64,000 bases of DNA, taken from an uncultured Phycisphaeraceae bacterium (lineage in GTDB: Bacteria > Planctomycetota > Phycisphaerae > Phycisphaerales > Phycisphaeraceae). The stretch covers positions 65 to 64,064 of the forward strand of contig CAYRPN010000018.1 in the NCBI GenBank assembly GCA_964426135.1. The letters run 5' to 3'. A program made the position numbers and the translations under genes. Within the stretch, counting starts at the first letter, position 1; each line of letters starts with the position of its first letter. Below, piece after piece: positions 49,661-57,357 of this stretch. Under the pieces are notes generated by a model, which was not told the DNA's origin, made no database searches, and worked only from the letters and a program-made list of their open reading frames with translations.

Positions 49661-50152
49661 TCATTCGTCGGCGCGAAAGCGGATCGTCCCATTTTCCCGC
49701 GCCCAACGTTCGCTAAAGCCAACATGAGAAATCTGATTCTTGCTCTTGTCGAGTTTTCGATCGGCCTCTGCCGCTACGACTTCTGGTTCCAACTCATAAA
49801 CCACTTTAAGTTTCATAGGATCGGATTTGTAAAAGACCGCAAAGTATATTTTCTGGTTTCGGCGCAGTCTTTCAAGCGACTGTTTTCGCTCTGCGGGTGG
49901 ACTGCTATAAACCCTGTCAAGCTGTCCCGTACCACCCTCTTGGCATGATAGGTATTCATAGACCATCTTGCTGTTGGGGTCTCGGGCATCGGGACCGTGT
50001 TTCGACGGCAACAACTCGTGTTTCAGTTGTGTGGCAACGATCAATTCCTTAACAAGTCCAGGCTGCAACAGATTAGGGATGCCTATTCCGCGTGCCAGCG
50101 CTGCTGCCTGTTGAACCAAGTCAATGATTTTGAGATGTGCCTCCCGGCTCAT
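49661..50152 (-). CDS. Candidate type II restriction endonuclease (small, PvuII-like by eye)
   Basis: ATG at 50150-50152 (MSREAHLKII..), overlapping the methyltransferase 3' end by 32 nt, in low-GC DNA. ..GIPNLLQPGLVKELIVATQLKHELLPSKHGPDARD..VYEYLS.. and ..VVYELEPE.. parallel R.PvuII ..[41 protein letters not shown].. and ..IYRLEPK.., recalled from memory. Confidence 0.4.
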   Translation of the reverse strand: MSREAHLKIIDLVQQAAALARGIGIPNLLQPGLVKELIVATQLKHELLPSKHGPDARDPNSKMVYEYLSCQEGGTGQLDRVYSSPPAERKQSLERLRRNQKIYFAVFYKSDPMKLKVVYELEPEVVAAEADRKLDKSKNQISHVGFSERWARENGTIRFRADE

Positions 50153-50945
50153 TGGAAAGCTCCAATAGTGGATGCCAATCTCGCTCTTCAAGCCTCAATT
50201 GACCAAGCTCGACGAAATTCGCATCGAGCTCAAACGCAATGAAATCGCGACCGTGGCGCTTGCAGACAACCGGGCACGTTCCGACCCCCGCGAAAGGATC
50301 CAGAACCAGATCGCCCGGACTGGAACTGGCAAGCACAAGCCGCTCGATCAGACGGATCGGTTTCTGGATCGTGTTCAACGCATCGCGACTGACCAGTTCT
50401 TTGGACTTGTAGGTGAGCTGCTTGATGTCGCCCCATACGTCGCCGGGATTCTTGCCGTCATGATTGAACTTCGTTTTTCCATAGGTGCCGTTGCGCACCG
50501 AAGGAACACGCTCGCAGCGCATGCGATGCTCCAACTCCACCAGTTGCGGCACGCGAATCGCGTCGAGGTTGAAAACGCGAGGGCGCTGTCCCTTGATGAA
50601 ATAGCAAATGATGTCGTGGTTGTTGGTGTAGCTCAACCTGCCCTGCGAAAGTCGGCTGGGTTGGTACCAGACGATTCGGGACCGCAGGTTCAGAAAGGGT
50701 CGATAGTCGATGAAATCAACGCAGTCGTGCTTGCCGAAAAGATAAAGCGCGCCGCCGGGCTTGAGCTTGGATGCGAACCGGCGAATCAACCCCAGGTTGA
50801 ACTGCTGAATGTCGTCGACCTGATCCCAATCATTGGCCGTGACGCCATAGGGTCCGTCGCACACGACGAGATCGACCGATTCGTCATCGATCTGCTCGAT
50901 CAGTTCGAGCGCGTCGCCATGATGGATGGTGTTTCGCTCGATCAT
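50121..50945 (-). CDS. Site-specific DNA methyltransferase, beta-class N4-C/N6-A family
   Basis: ATG start 3 nt after the upstream gene's stop. Motif IV-like DGPYG (..LVVCDGPYGV..) precedes motif I DPFAGVGT, which is the beta-class permutation. ~274 aa, in low-GC DNA. Confidence 0.85.
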   Translation of the reverse strand: MIERNTIHHGDALELIEQIDDESVDLVVCDGPYGVTANDWDQVDDIQQFNLGLIRRFASKLKPGGALYLFGKHDCVDFIDYRPFLNLRSRIVWYQPSRLSQGRLSYTNNHDIICYFIKGQRPRVFNLDAIRVPQLVELEHRMRCERVPSVRNGTYGKTKFNHDGKNPGDVWGDIKQLTYKSKELVSRDALNTIQKPIRLIERLVLASSSPGDLVLDPFAGVGTCPVVCKRHGRDFIAFELDANFVELGQLRLEERDWHPLLELSNEPGGTSQNH

Positions 50946-50948
50946 GGT

Positions 50949-52724
50949 CTACCTCGACAGCCATCCCGCAAAGTTCTCCGTGTTCCGCATGTCGATGCGC
51001 TTCAGCGCGTCGTGCGGGCAGGCTCGTTCGCAGCTTGGCGTGACGAGCTGCTCGACGCACAGATCGCATTTGGTGGCCTTGACGATGGGGGCGTTGTTCT
51101 TGTCGAGGACAAGGCCGCCGGACTCGTCGCGGATTTCCACCATGCGGATGTTGTTGTACGGGCAGCTGTTGGCGCAGGTGGCGCAGCCGATGCACGTCAG
51201 GTCGTTGACCACGACGCTGCCGGTGGACGCCTCGCGGCCGATGGCGCCGGTGGGGCATCCGATCATGCAGACCGGGTCGGAGCAGTGCATGCACGCGTTG
51301 GCGACCATGTAGTGGTCGTACTTGGGGCCGTGGCGGATGAACTTGGGGTTGTTCTCGTGGGCGGCGGCACAGGCTCGGACGCAGTCGTCGCAGCGGGTGC
51401 AGCGGTCCAGGTCGATGATCATCGTGGCGGTGCCGTTGATGAAGCGGTTCTCGACGAGGAACTCGAGCAGGCCGGTGTCGATCTGCTTGCGGGTATTGAC
51501 GCGGGCGACGGGCAGCGACAGTTCGCGTTCCGGCCTGGGCTTGTCGCCGTCCTTTGCGTGCTCGGGGTCGGGCGTCCTCGCCTGCACCTGGACCATCGCG
51601 GGCAACTGCTCGGGCTTGAGCATTTCCAGCACGTACTTCTCGACGATCGGCGACGGCACGCGCAGGATGTCGACATAGCCCACCGCGCGGAGCGTGTTCT
51701 GCAGCGGCACCACGTCCTTGCTGCGCCAGTTGTGGGCCAGTTCCTGGAACCCGTAGATTCCGCCGGCTCCGGTGTAACTGAGCGTGCGGTGGCCGTTGCC
51801 CTCGCGCTTCGAAACGCGGGCGAAACCGGAGCGGATCAAGATCAGGCCGTTGGGATAATCGCCTTCCGACGCGATGACCGGTTCCTGCGCCAGGCGTTCG
51901 GCGGCGCCCTGCTGGGCGAGCGTCTTGTACGTGGCGTACCACTCGAATCCGCCGTGCGTTTCGAACTCCGTCTCGTCGGCGACTTCCTTCAGTTGCTTTT
52001 CATCGAGGTGGGCGAAGATGGGCGTGTCGCGCAGGAAACTCTGCAAAGCGTTCTTGCGGTAGAGCGCGTCGATGTGGCGCTTCAGCGCCTCGTCGCGGCG
52101 ACGGATGTCGCGCAGGCCCTGCCAGCGGATCTCCAGAAGCTCCGCGTCGCTCTCGGCCACGATCGTCGCCGTGCGCGGGATGCGCCCCAGCGCCGCCAGT
52201 TCGCCGAAAAGCGAACCCTCGCCAAGCTGCACCGTCTTGTGCTTGCCGATGACGCCCGGCACGTCCTGCAGGAACACGCGCACCGTGTCGCCGCTGCTGC
52301 GCTGAGCGGTGCCGTCGGCCTTGGCCTGCTCGTACTTTTTCAGGTTGCGCACTTCGGGCAGGCGCGGGTTGGCCCACCACTGCGACAGCGCCTCCCACCA
52401 GCCCTTGCGCTTGCGCGTCTGCCGGCCCAGCACCGCCGGCGGCAGACTTTCGAGCACCACGCGCACTTTCCCCTTCAGAACCAGAAACGCCGAGTGCCCG
52501 TAGTCGCCTTCGCGCACCACCAGGTCGCCCGTCTTGTATTTCACCAGTCGCGTGTCGTTGGCGAGGATGCCCGACAGCGGCGTCGACTCGGGGAACTTGT
52601 TCGGATCGATGCTCTTGAACGGCTCGACCTTGAGCAGGCGATTGACATCCGCCTCGGTCATGTCGGGACCGAACGGCACGTCCCACCGTTGGGGTCGATC
52701 GATGGCGATGAGCGTTTCAGCCAT
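50949..52724 (-). CDS. Cytoplasmic protein with two cyclic-nucleotide-binding domains and a DmsB/NrfC-like four-cluster [4Fe-4S] domain
   Basis: ATG start and no signal peptide. cNMP-like beta-rolls (..GDLVVREGDYGHSAFLVLKGKVRVV.., ..VIASEGDYPNGLILIRSGFARVS..). Cluster motifs are CTRCDDCVRAC, CMHCSDPVCMIGC, CIGCATCANSC and CDLC..C..C. Confidence 0.8.
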   Translation of the reverse strand: MAETLIAIDRPQRWDVPFGPDMTEADVNRLLKVEPFKSIDPNKFPESTPLSGILANDTRLVKYKTGDLVVREGDYGHSAFLVLKGKVRVVLESLPPAVLGRQTRKRKGWWEALSQWWANPRLPEVRNLKKYEQAKADGTAQRSSGDTVRVFLQDVPGVIGKHKTVQLGEGSLFGELAALGRIPRTATIVAESDAELLEIRWQGLRDIRRRDEALKRHIDALYRKNALQSFLRDTPIFAHLDEKQLKEVADETEFETHGGFEWYATYKTLAQQGAAERLAQEPVIASEGDYPNGLILIRSGFARVSKREGNGHRTLSYTGAGGIYGFQELAHNWRSKDVVPLQNTLRAVGYVDILRVPSPIVEKYVLEMLKPEQLPAMVQVQARTPDPEHAKDGDKPRPERELSLPVARVNTRKQIDTGLLEFLVENRFINGTATMIIDLDRCTRCDDCVRACAAAHENNPKFIRHGPKYDHYMVANACMHCSDPVCMIGCPTGAIGREASTGSVVVNDLTCIGCATCANSCPYNNIRMVEIRDESGGLVLDKNNAPIVKATKCDLCVEQLVTPSCERACPHDALKRIDMRNTENFAGWLSR

Positions 52725-52738
52725 GGTGAAGCGATGAG

Positions 52739-52869
52739 CCGTTAGCCGTTAGCCGACGTCGGAAACTTCCAGACAAACCTGTATCGTCGGCCACAAAAGC
52801 TAACGGCTTATGGCTAACGGCTGTCGGCTTTGTTTCGTAAACACAACCCCCGGCTTCCGCCGGGGGCTG
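52739..52869. repeat. Foldback (GCCGTTAGCCGTTAGCC ... GCTAACGGCTTATGGCTAACGGC) plus a REP-C-like palindrome (AACCCCCGGCTTCCGCCGGGGGCT)
   Basis: Direct reading, between the tetrahaem and cNMP/Fe-S genes. Confidence 0.8.
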
Positions 52870-52887
52870 TGCAGATGAATCGTTTGA

Positions 52888-53892
52888 TTACGGCTGCGGC
52901 TTGCCCTTGTAGGCGTCGGCCTTGGGGATCAGCGGATCCACCGCCGCCAGCTTGCTGCCGTCGTGGTTCTCCACGAACTTCTTGGCGACCTCGGCCACTT
53001 TGCCGGGCAGTTGCTCCAGCAGTTCCTGGCTCAGCTTCAGCGAACCGTCGTCGCGGCGCTCCAAGCCCTTCATCAGAGCGGAAAGCTCGGCGATGTCCAC
53101 AGCCTTGACCACCGCATCCAGATCATCCACCCGGGTGCGGATGCGGTTCAGAATGGCGGCGCGATAGTTGCCCTTCTCGGTGATCTTGCCCGCCGCGTAA
53201 AGCGACATTTCCAGGTCGACCACCCGGCCCACCACGTACATCACACGCTTGCGCTCCTGCGTGGTGTCCTTGTTCTCCGGGCCGGCGAAATAGTTGTGCT
53301 TCACTTCGCCGTGCGACCACGACACCAGTTCAAAGTCGCTGCTGGCCTTGTGGCCGCCGACGTTGACCAGTTGCTCGTTGGGCACGAGGTGGCAGGACAG
53401 GCAGTTCTTGGCGATCAGGTAGACGCGGTCCTTGCGGATCATGCCGGCCGCATCCGCCTTCTCGTGGCGCATCTTCTTGTTGTCGGCGCTCTCGTCTTCC
53501 TTCTTCTTGCCGGCGCCGTAGTCGTTGTGAATCTTGACCCAGTCGGCGGCGGCGCCGTGGCACGATTCGCAGGACACGCCGGAAATCGTGGTCAGATCCT
53601 TCGGATCGGCGCCCTTGGCGGTCGAGTGGCACTCGACGCAGAAGCCCGTCTGGCGATAGCTGCGGGACAGGCCCAGCTTCTCAGCGATGGGCCGGCCTTC
53701 CTTCAGCTTGTCCAGGGTGCGGAAGTGGTGCGTCTTGCTCCAAGCTTCCGTTTCCTTCTGGTGGCAGTTAATGCAGTTGCCGCCCTTCTCATCGTTGCCG
53801 ATCACCTTGGAGTGATCGATCGAGATGATCTGAGCCTGTGCGGCAACCGCAAACATCAACATAACGGCAGGGACGAGCATACGGGAGATCAT
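52888..53892 (-). CDS. Periplasmic tetrahaem c-type cytochrome (c554-like)
   Basis: ATG start, signal peptide, and four CxxCH motifs (CINCH, CVECH, CESCH, CLSCH). Confidence 0.8.
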   Translation of the reverse strand: MISRMLVPAVMLMFAVAAQAQIISIDHSKVIGNDEKGGNCINCHQKETEAWSKTHHFRTLDKLKEGRPIAEKLGLSRSYRQTGFCVECHSTAKGADPKDLTTISGVSCESCHGAAADWVKIHNDYGAGKKKEDESADNKKMRHEKADAAGMIRKDRVYLIAKNCLSCHLVPNEQLVNVGGHKASSDFELVSWSHGEVKHNYFAGPENKDTTQERKRVMYVVGRVVDLEMSLYAAGKITEKGNYRAAILNRIRTRVDDLDAVVKAVDIAELSALMKGLERRDDGSLKLSQELLEQLPGKVAEVAKKFVENHDGSKLAAVDPLIPKADAYKGKPQP

Positions 53893-53916
53893 GGTGCGAC
53901 CTCGAAAAGGGGTGAT

Positions 53917-54078
53917 GAGTTCTGAGTTCTCGTTTCTGAGTTCTGAGTTCTGGGTGAGTTCTGCGTGAGTTCTGGGCTCTGGGGTTTGGGTAGGGTGGGT
54001 TGAGGCTTTGCGAAACCCACCACGCGGTCACTTTTGGTTCGCCAATGGTGGGTTTCGCCGAGCCTCAACCCACCCTAC
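53917..54078. repeat. Heptamer array (GAGTTCT x ~8) plus REP-A-like palindrome pair
   Basis: The array is at 53917..53972. GTAGGGTGGGTTGAGGCTTTGCGAAACCCACC (53990..54021) pairs with GGTGGGTTTCGCCGAGCCTCAACCCACCCTAC (54047..54078). Confidence 0.8.
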
Positions 54079-54082
54079 GTCG

Positions 54083-55396
54083 TTACGCATCCAACACGAC
54101 TTTCGTTTTCGGCTGCCCCACGCAGGTGAGGCAGGAGCCCTTGTCCGGGGCAGCGCCCGGCGGGTTAGCGTAACCGACTTCGCCTTCCTTCACCGCGACG
54201 ACACAAGTGCCGCAGTTGCCGGCCCGGCAGCCGGAGTCCAGCGTCACACCGTTCGCCTCGCCCAGTTCCAGCAGCGAGGTGACGGCACCGGTCCACTTGC
54301 AGGTCTTGCCGCTCTTGGCGAATACGACTTCCAGCACCGCCCCGGTCGGCGCTGCTGCAACTTCCGCAGCCGGCGCCGCCGCCTTGTTCACCTTCTTGAC
54401 GCTGGCGGGTCCGAACGCTTCGAAGTGAACGCGCTCATCGGGAACGCCCCATTTTTCCAGGTCGCCCACGATGGATTCCATGAACGGGCCGGGGCCGCAC
54501 ATGTAGTAATCGAAGTTATTGGAGGGCAGCGTTTTCTTGAAGAGCTCGACGCTGACGCGCTCGGCGTGCTGGTAGTCGCGCTCCAGCACGTCGGTCTTGC
54601 CGGGCTTGCTGTAGCACACGTGCAGGTGCAGCTTGTCGTGCTGCTTGGCCAGGGCTTCGATGTGGTCCTTGAAGGGATGCTCGCTGCGGTCGCGCACGCC
54701 CAGGAACCAGTACACATCGCGCTTCAGCGTGCCGTCGGCGGTGAGCAGGTTGATCATCGACAGCACCGGCGTGATGCCGATGCCGCCGCCGATGAGCACG
54801 ATCCCGCCCGGCGTGTTCTCGACATCCAGGAAGAAGTGGCCTCCCGGCGCCTTGCAGTCGAGGATGTCGCCTTCCTTCACGAAGTCGTGGAAGAAATTGG
54901 AAACGAGACCCGGCGGCACTTCCTTGTCCTTCGGAGCCGGCACGCGCTTGATCGACACGCGGTAGTAGTCGGAGCGCGGGGCGTCCGACAGCGAGTAGCA
55001 GCGGATCGTCGCCTTGTCCTTGCCGGGGATCTGGAGTTGAAAGGTGAGATACTGCCCGGGCTTGAACAGCGGCAACGGCCGGCCGTCGTGAGGCTTCAGA
55101 TAGAAGGAACAGATATCGCCGGGCTCCGGCACCCGCTTGGCGACCTCGAACTTGCGGATGCCGCTCCAACTGGCGACCTGCTGCTCCGCCTTCTTGCGCT
55201 GGGCGCGGGCGGCTTCGATGCGCTCCTCCAGCAGGCGGATCGACAGGTCCTGCTGCCGAGCCTCGCGGCGAGTGCGCGTGAAGTTGCCGAACACCAGCAC
55301 CAGCGCCTGCAACAGCACCAGCGCCACCAGGGCCCCGCCTGCCAACATCATGAGACTGTGTGCACTCACAAAAACCCCTGTTCGTCTCGACAACAT
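54083..55396 (-). CDS. Membrane-anchored FNR-type flavoprotein with C-terminal plant-type [2Fe-2S] ferredoxin domain
   Basis: I prefer the ATG at 55394-55396 (the tracked start is a TTG at 55471; further ATGs lie at 55351 and 55348). N-terminal TM (..LAGGALVALVLLQALVLVF..), RCYSLS (FAD), GGGIGITP (NAD(P)H) and the C-terminal ..CRAGNCGTC...C.. are present. Confidence 0.8.
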   Translation of the reverse strand: MLSRRTGVFVSAHSLMMLAGGALVALVLLQALVLVFGNFTRTRREARQQDLSIRLLEERIEAARAQRKKAEQQVASWSGIRKFEVAKRVPEPGDICSFYLKPHDGRPLPLFKPGQYLTFQLQIPGKDKATIRCYSLSDAPRSDYYRVSIKRVPAPKDKEVPPGLVSNFFHDFVKEGDILDCKAPGGHFFLDVENTPGGIVLIGGGIGITPVLSMINLLTADGTLKRDVYWFLGVRDRSEHPFKDHIEALAKQHDKLHLHVCYSKPGKTDVLERDYQHAERVSVELFKKTLPSNNFDYYMCGPGPFMESIVGDLEKWGVPDERVHFEAFGPASVKKVNKAAAPAAEVAAAPTGAVLEVVFAKSGKTCKWTGAVTSLLELGEANGVTLDSGCRAGNCGTCVVAVKEGEVGYANPPGAAPDKGSCLTCVGQPKTKVVLDA

Positions 55397-55500
55397 TTCA
55401 CAACTGGGCAGTTGCGCCGATCTTAACTCACGACCCGCGCCGATGAAAGGCGAATCGATCCGGTCCTTCAATGTCGGCGTTTTCGCCGAGCAAATTCCGT

Positions 55501-55618
55501 CAGCCGTCAGCCGTCAGCCGTCAGTTCCACAGGCTAGCGGTCGGGCCGAGTCCGCGAGGCCCACCCGTGTCTTGAGCGCTGAAGCAGGTGGGCCTCGCGG
55601 ACTCGGCCCGACCGCTAA
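55501..55618. repeat. Heptamer array (CAGCCGT x3) plus 32-nt palindrome pair
   Basis: CTAGCGGTCGGGCCGAGTCCGCGAGGCCCACC (55534..55565) pairs with GGTGGGCCTCGCGGACTCGGCCCGACCGCTAA (55587..55618). Confidence 0.8.
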
Positions 55619-55635
55619 CCGCACGACGCGATTTC

Positions 55636-57216
55636 TCAGAACTTGAACCGGTACTCCGCACGGATGCCGGACAAATCATCCGCCGCTTCGCGCAGGGCGT
55701 ACATGGCGTCCACGCGGAAGATCATGGCGTTGTTGATCGGAATCTGGAAACGGACGCCGAAGCCCAGTTGATCGCCCGGGGCGCTGGCGTCGTTGCCGTG
55801 TTTGCGGAGGCCGGCGATTTCGAAGACGAGCTGCTTGTCCAGGTTGAACAGCAGTTCGAGTCCGGCTGCGAAGCCCACGACGTCCCGGCCGGTGTCGTCC
55901 ATTTTGGGGAAGCCGGTCAAGCCGTCCGTCTCGAAGAGGATGCCGGTGTTCTTGAGGATGCCGCCGGCGCCGGCGTCACGCGCGAGGGACTGCGGCCGGT
56001 CCTTGCTGAAGAAGAGGTTGACGTAAGGAATGACGGTGGATGGATTCTCGGTGATGAAGGAGTTTTCGAGCAGCAGGATGACGCCGTCGGCCGTGCGGGC
56101 CGCGCCGCCCGCCGGATCCTGGCCCACCGCCGCCACCACGCGGACGGAGTTGCTCAGCCAGCCGAAGTATCGCTTGGTGAACGCGCCGGTGAAGTTGTGG
56201 TAGCTCAGGTCGGCGCCGGTGTTGTCGTCGATGTAGCCGTAGCCGAACTCGTAGTAACCTTCGGACGCCTCGATGAAGGTGGTGATGCCGTAGAGATGGA
56301 CGCCGTGGTTGGCGCCGGGGACGGCATCGGTGGTGACGCGGTCCCACGCGGCGAAGAAGGTGATGTCGAAGTTGCTGATGTCGAGCGCGGTGGAGTGCAT
56401 GGCGGGCAGCGTGATCGCCATGCCGGCAAACGCGTCCTCAACCCACACGCCGTTCTGGAACAGCAGCGGAATGATGCCCAGGGCGATGGGCATGTCGAAC
56501 TGGGAGTAGGTGTTGCTGAAGCTGGAGAGGATGCTGCCGACGTCGCCTTCAAAGAAGATGGTGTCGAGGTTGCCGTCCAGTTCCCACTCGGTGCCTTCGT
56601 TCTTGGTGCCGCCGAGTTCGACGCGGCTGAAGTTGCCGTTCTTGTCCAGCGGGCGCATGAAGGCGTGGATGCGCTCGGTGCTGGTGATCTTCAGATCGAG
56701 GTCGAGATTGAGGCGGGCGGCGATGATGGCCTGCTCGTCCCTGCCGTTGTCGTTGTAGGCGATGGCGGTTCGGAAATCGCCGGAGGCGAGGAACTGCGGC
56801 TCGACCGGGTTGGTCTCGCCCAGGAACGTCATCGGTTTCTGGAACGGGCCGAAATTGTACATCTCGCGTCCCAGTTCCAGGAGCGGGCGCTGGGTGGCGT
56901 TCTTGTACTTGGCGCCGTAGATGTCTTCCTGCGCCTTGGCGTCGTAGGGGACGTCTTCGTACTTCGGATCGCTCTTGAACACGTCGGGGTTGAAGGGCAC
57001 CTTCTTCGCCTCAGGCGACATGTCCAGCCCGGCGCCGCCGTGGCCGGCGCCGTGATCGCCGCCCTTGGCGTCCGCCAGCGCGAACAGGCCGGGGTAGGAC
57101 ACCGGGTCGCCTTCATCGGCGCGCACCGCCGAAGGAGCGACAGCCAGCGCTGCCGCGATTGAACAGGTGCGAACGAAACGGCTTCGACGAAGCCCCGACA
57201 GTTCCCTGGTTGTCAT
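55636..57216 (-). CDS. Putative outer-membrane beta-barrel protein (porin-like)
   Basis: ATG start, signal peptide ending ..APSAVRA, and alternating hydrophobic patterns throughout. The C-terminal ..GIRAEYRFKF ends in the aromatic signature of OMP beta-barrels. No named family recognised. Confidence 0.55.
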   Translation of the reverse strand: MTTRELSGLRRSRFVRTCSIAAALAVAPSAVRADEGDPVSYPGLFALADAKGGDHGAGHGGAGLDMSPEAKKVPFNPDVFKSDPKYEDVPYDAKAQEDIYGAKYKNATQRPLLELGREMYNFGPFQKPMTFLGETNPVEPQFLASGDFRTAIAYNDNGRDEQAIIAARLNLDLDLKITSTERIHAFMRPLDKNGNFSRVELGGTKNEGTEWELDGNLDTIFFEGDVGSILSSFSNTYSQFDMPIALGIIPLLFQNGVWVEDAFAGMAITLPAMHSTALDISNFDITFFAAWDRVTTDAVPGANHGVHLYGITTFIEASEGYYEFGYGYIDDNTGADLSYHNFTGAFTKRYFGWLSNSVRVVAAVGQDPAGGAARTADGVILLLENSFITENPSTVIPYVNLFFSKDRPQSLARDAGAGGILKNTGILFETDGLTGFPKMDDTGRDVVGFAAGLELLFNLDKQLVFEIAGLRKHGNDASAPGDQLGFGVRFQIPINNAMIFRVDAMYALREAADDLSGIRAEYRFKF

Positions 57217-57270
57217 CGCACGAGCCTCCAGCGGCCACGAAAAGCAGCCGCGAATACATTCATGTCACTC

Positions 57271-57337
57271 GTAGGGTGGGCGTCGCCCACCACAATCAAT
57301 CTTGCGCGTATTCCGTGGTGGGCAGTGCCCACCCTAC
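57271..57337. repeat. REP-A palindrome pair
   Basis: GTAGGGTGGGCGTCGCCCACC ... GGTGGGCAGTGCCCACCCTAC. Confidence 0.85.
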
Positions 57338-57357
57338 ACGCTCCAACTTCTTCCCGA

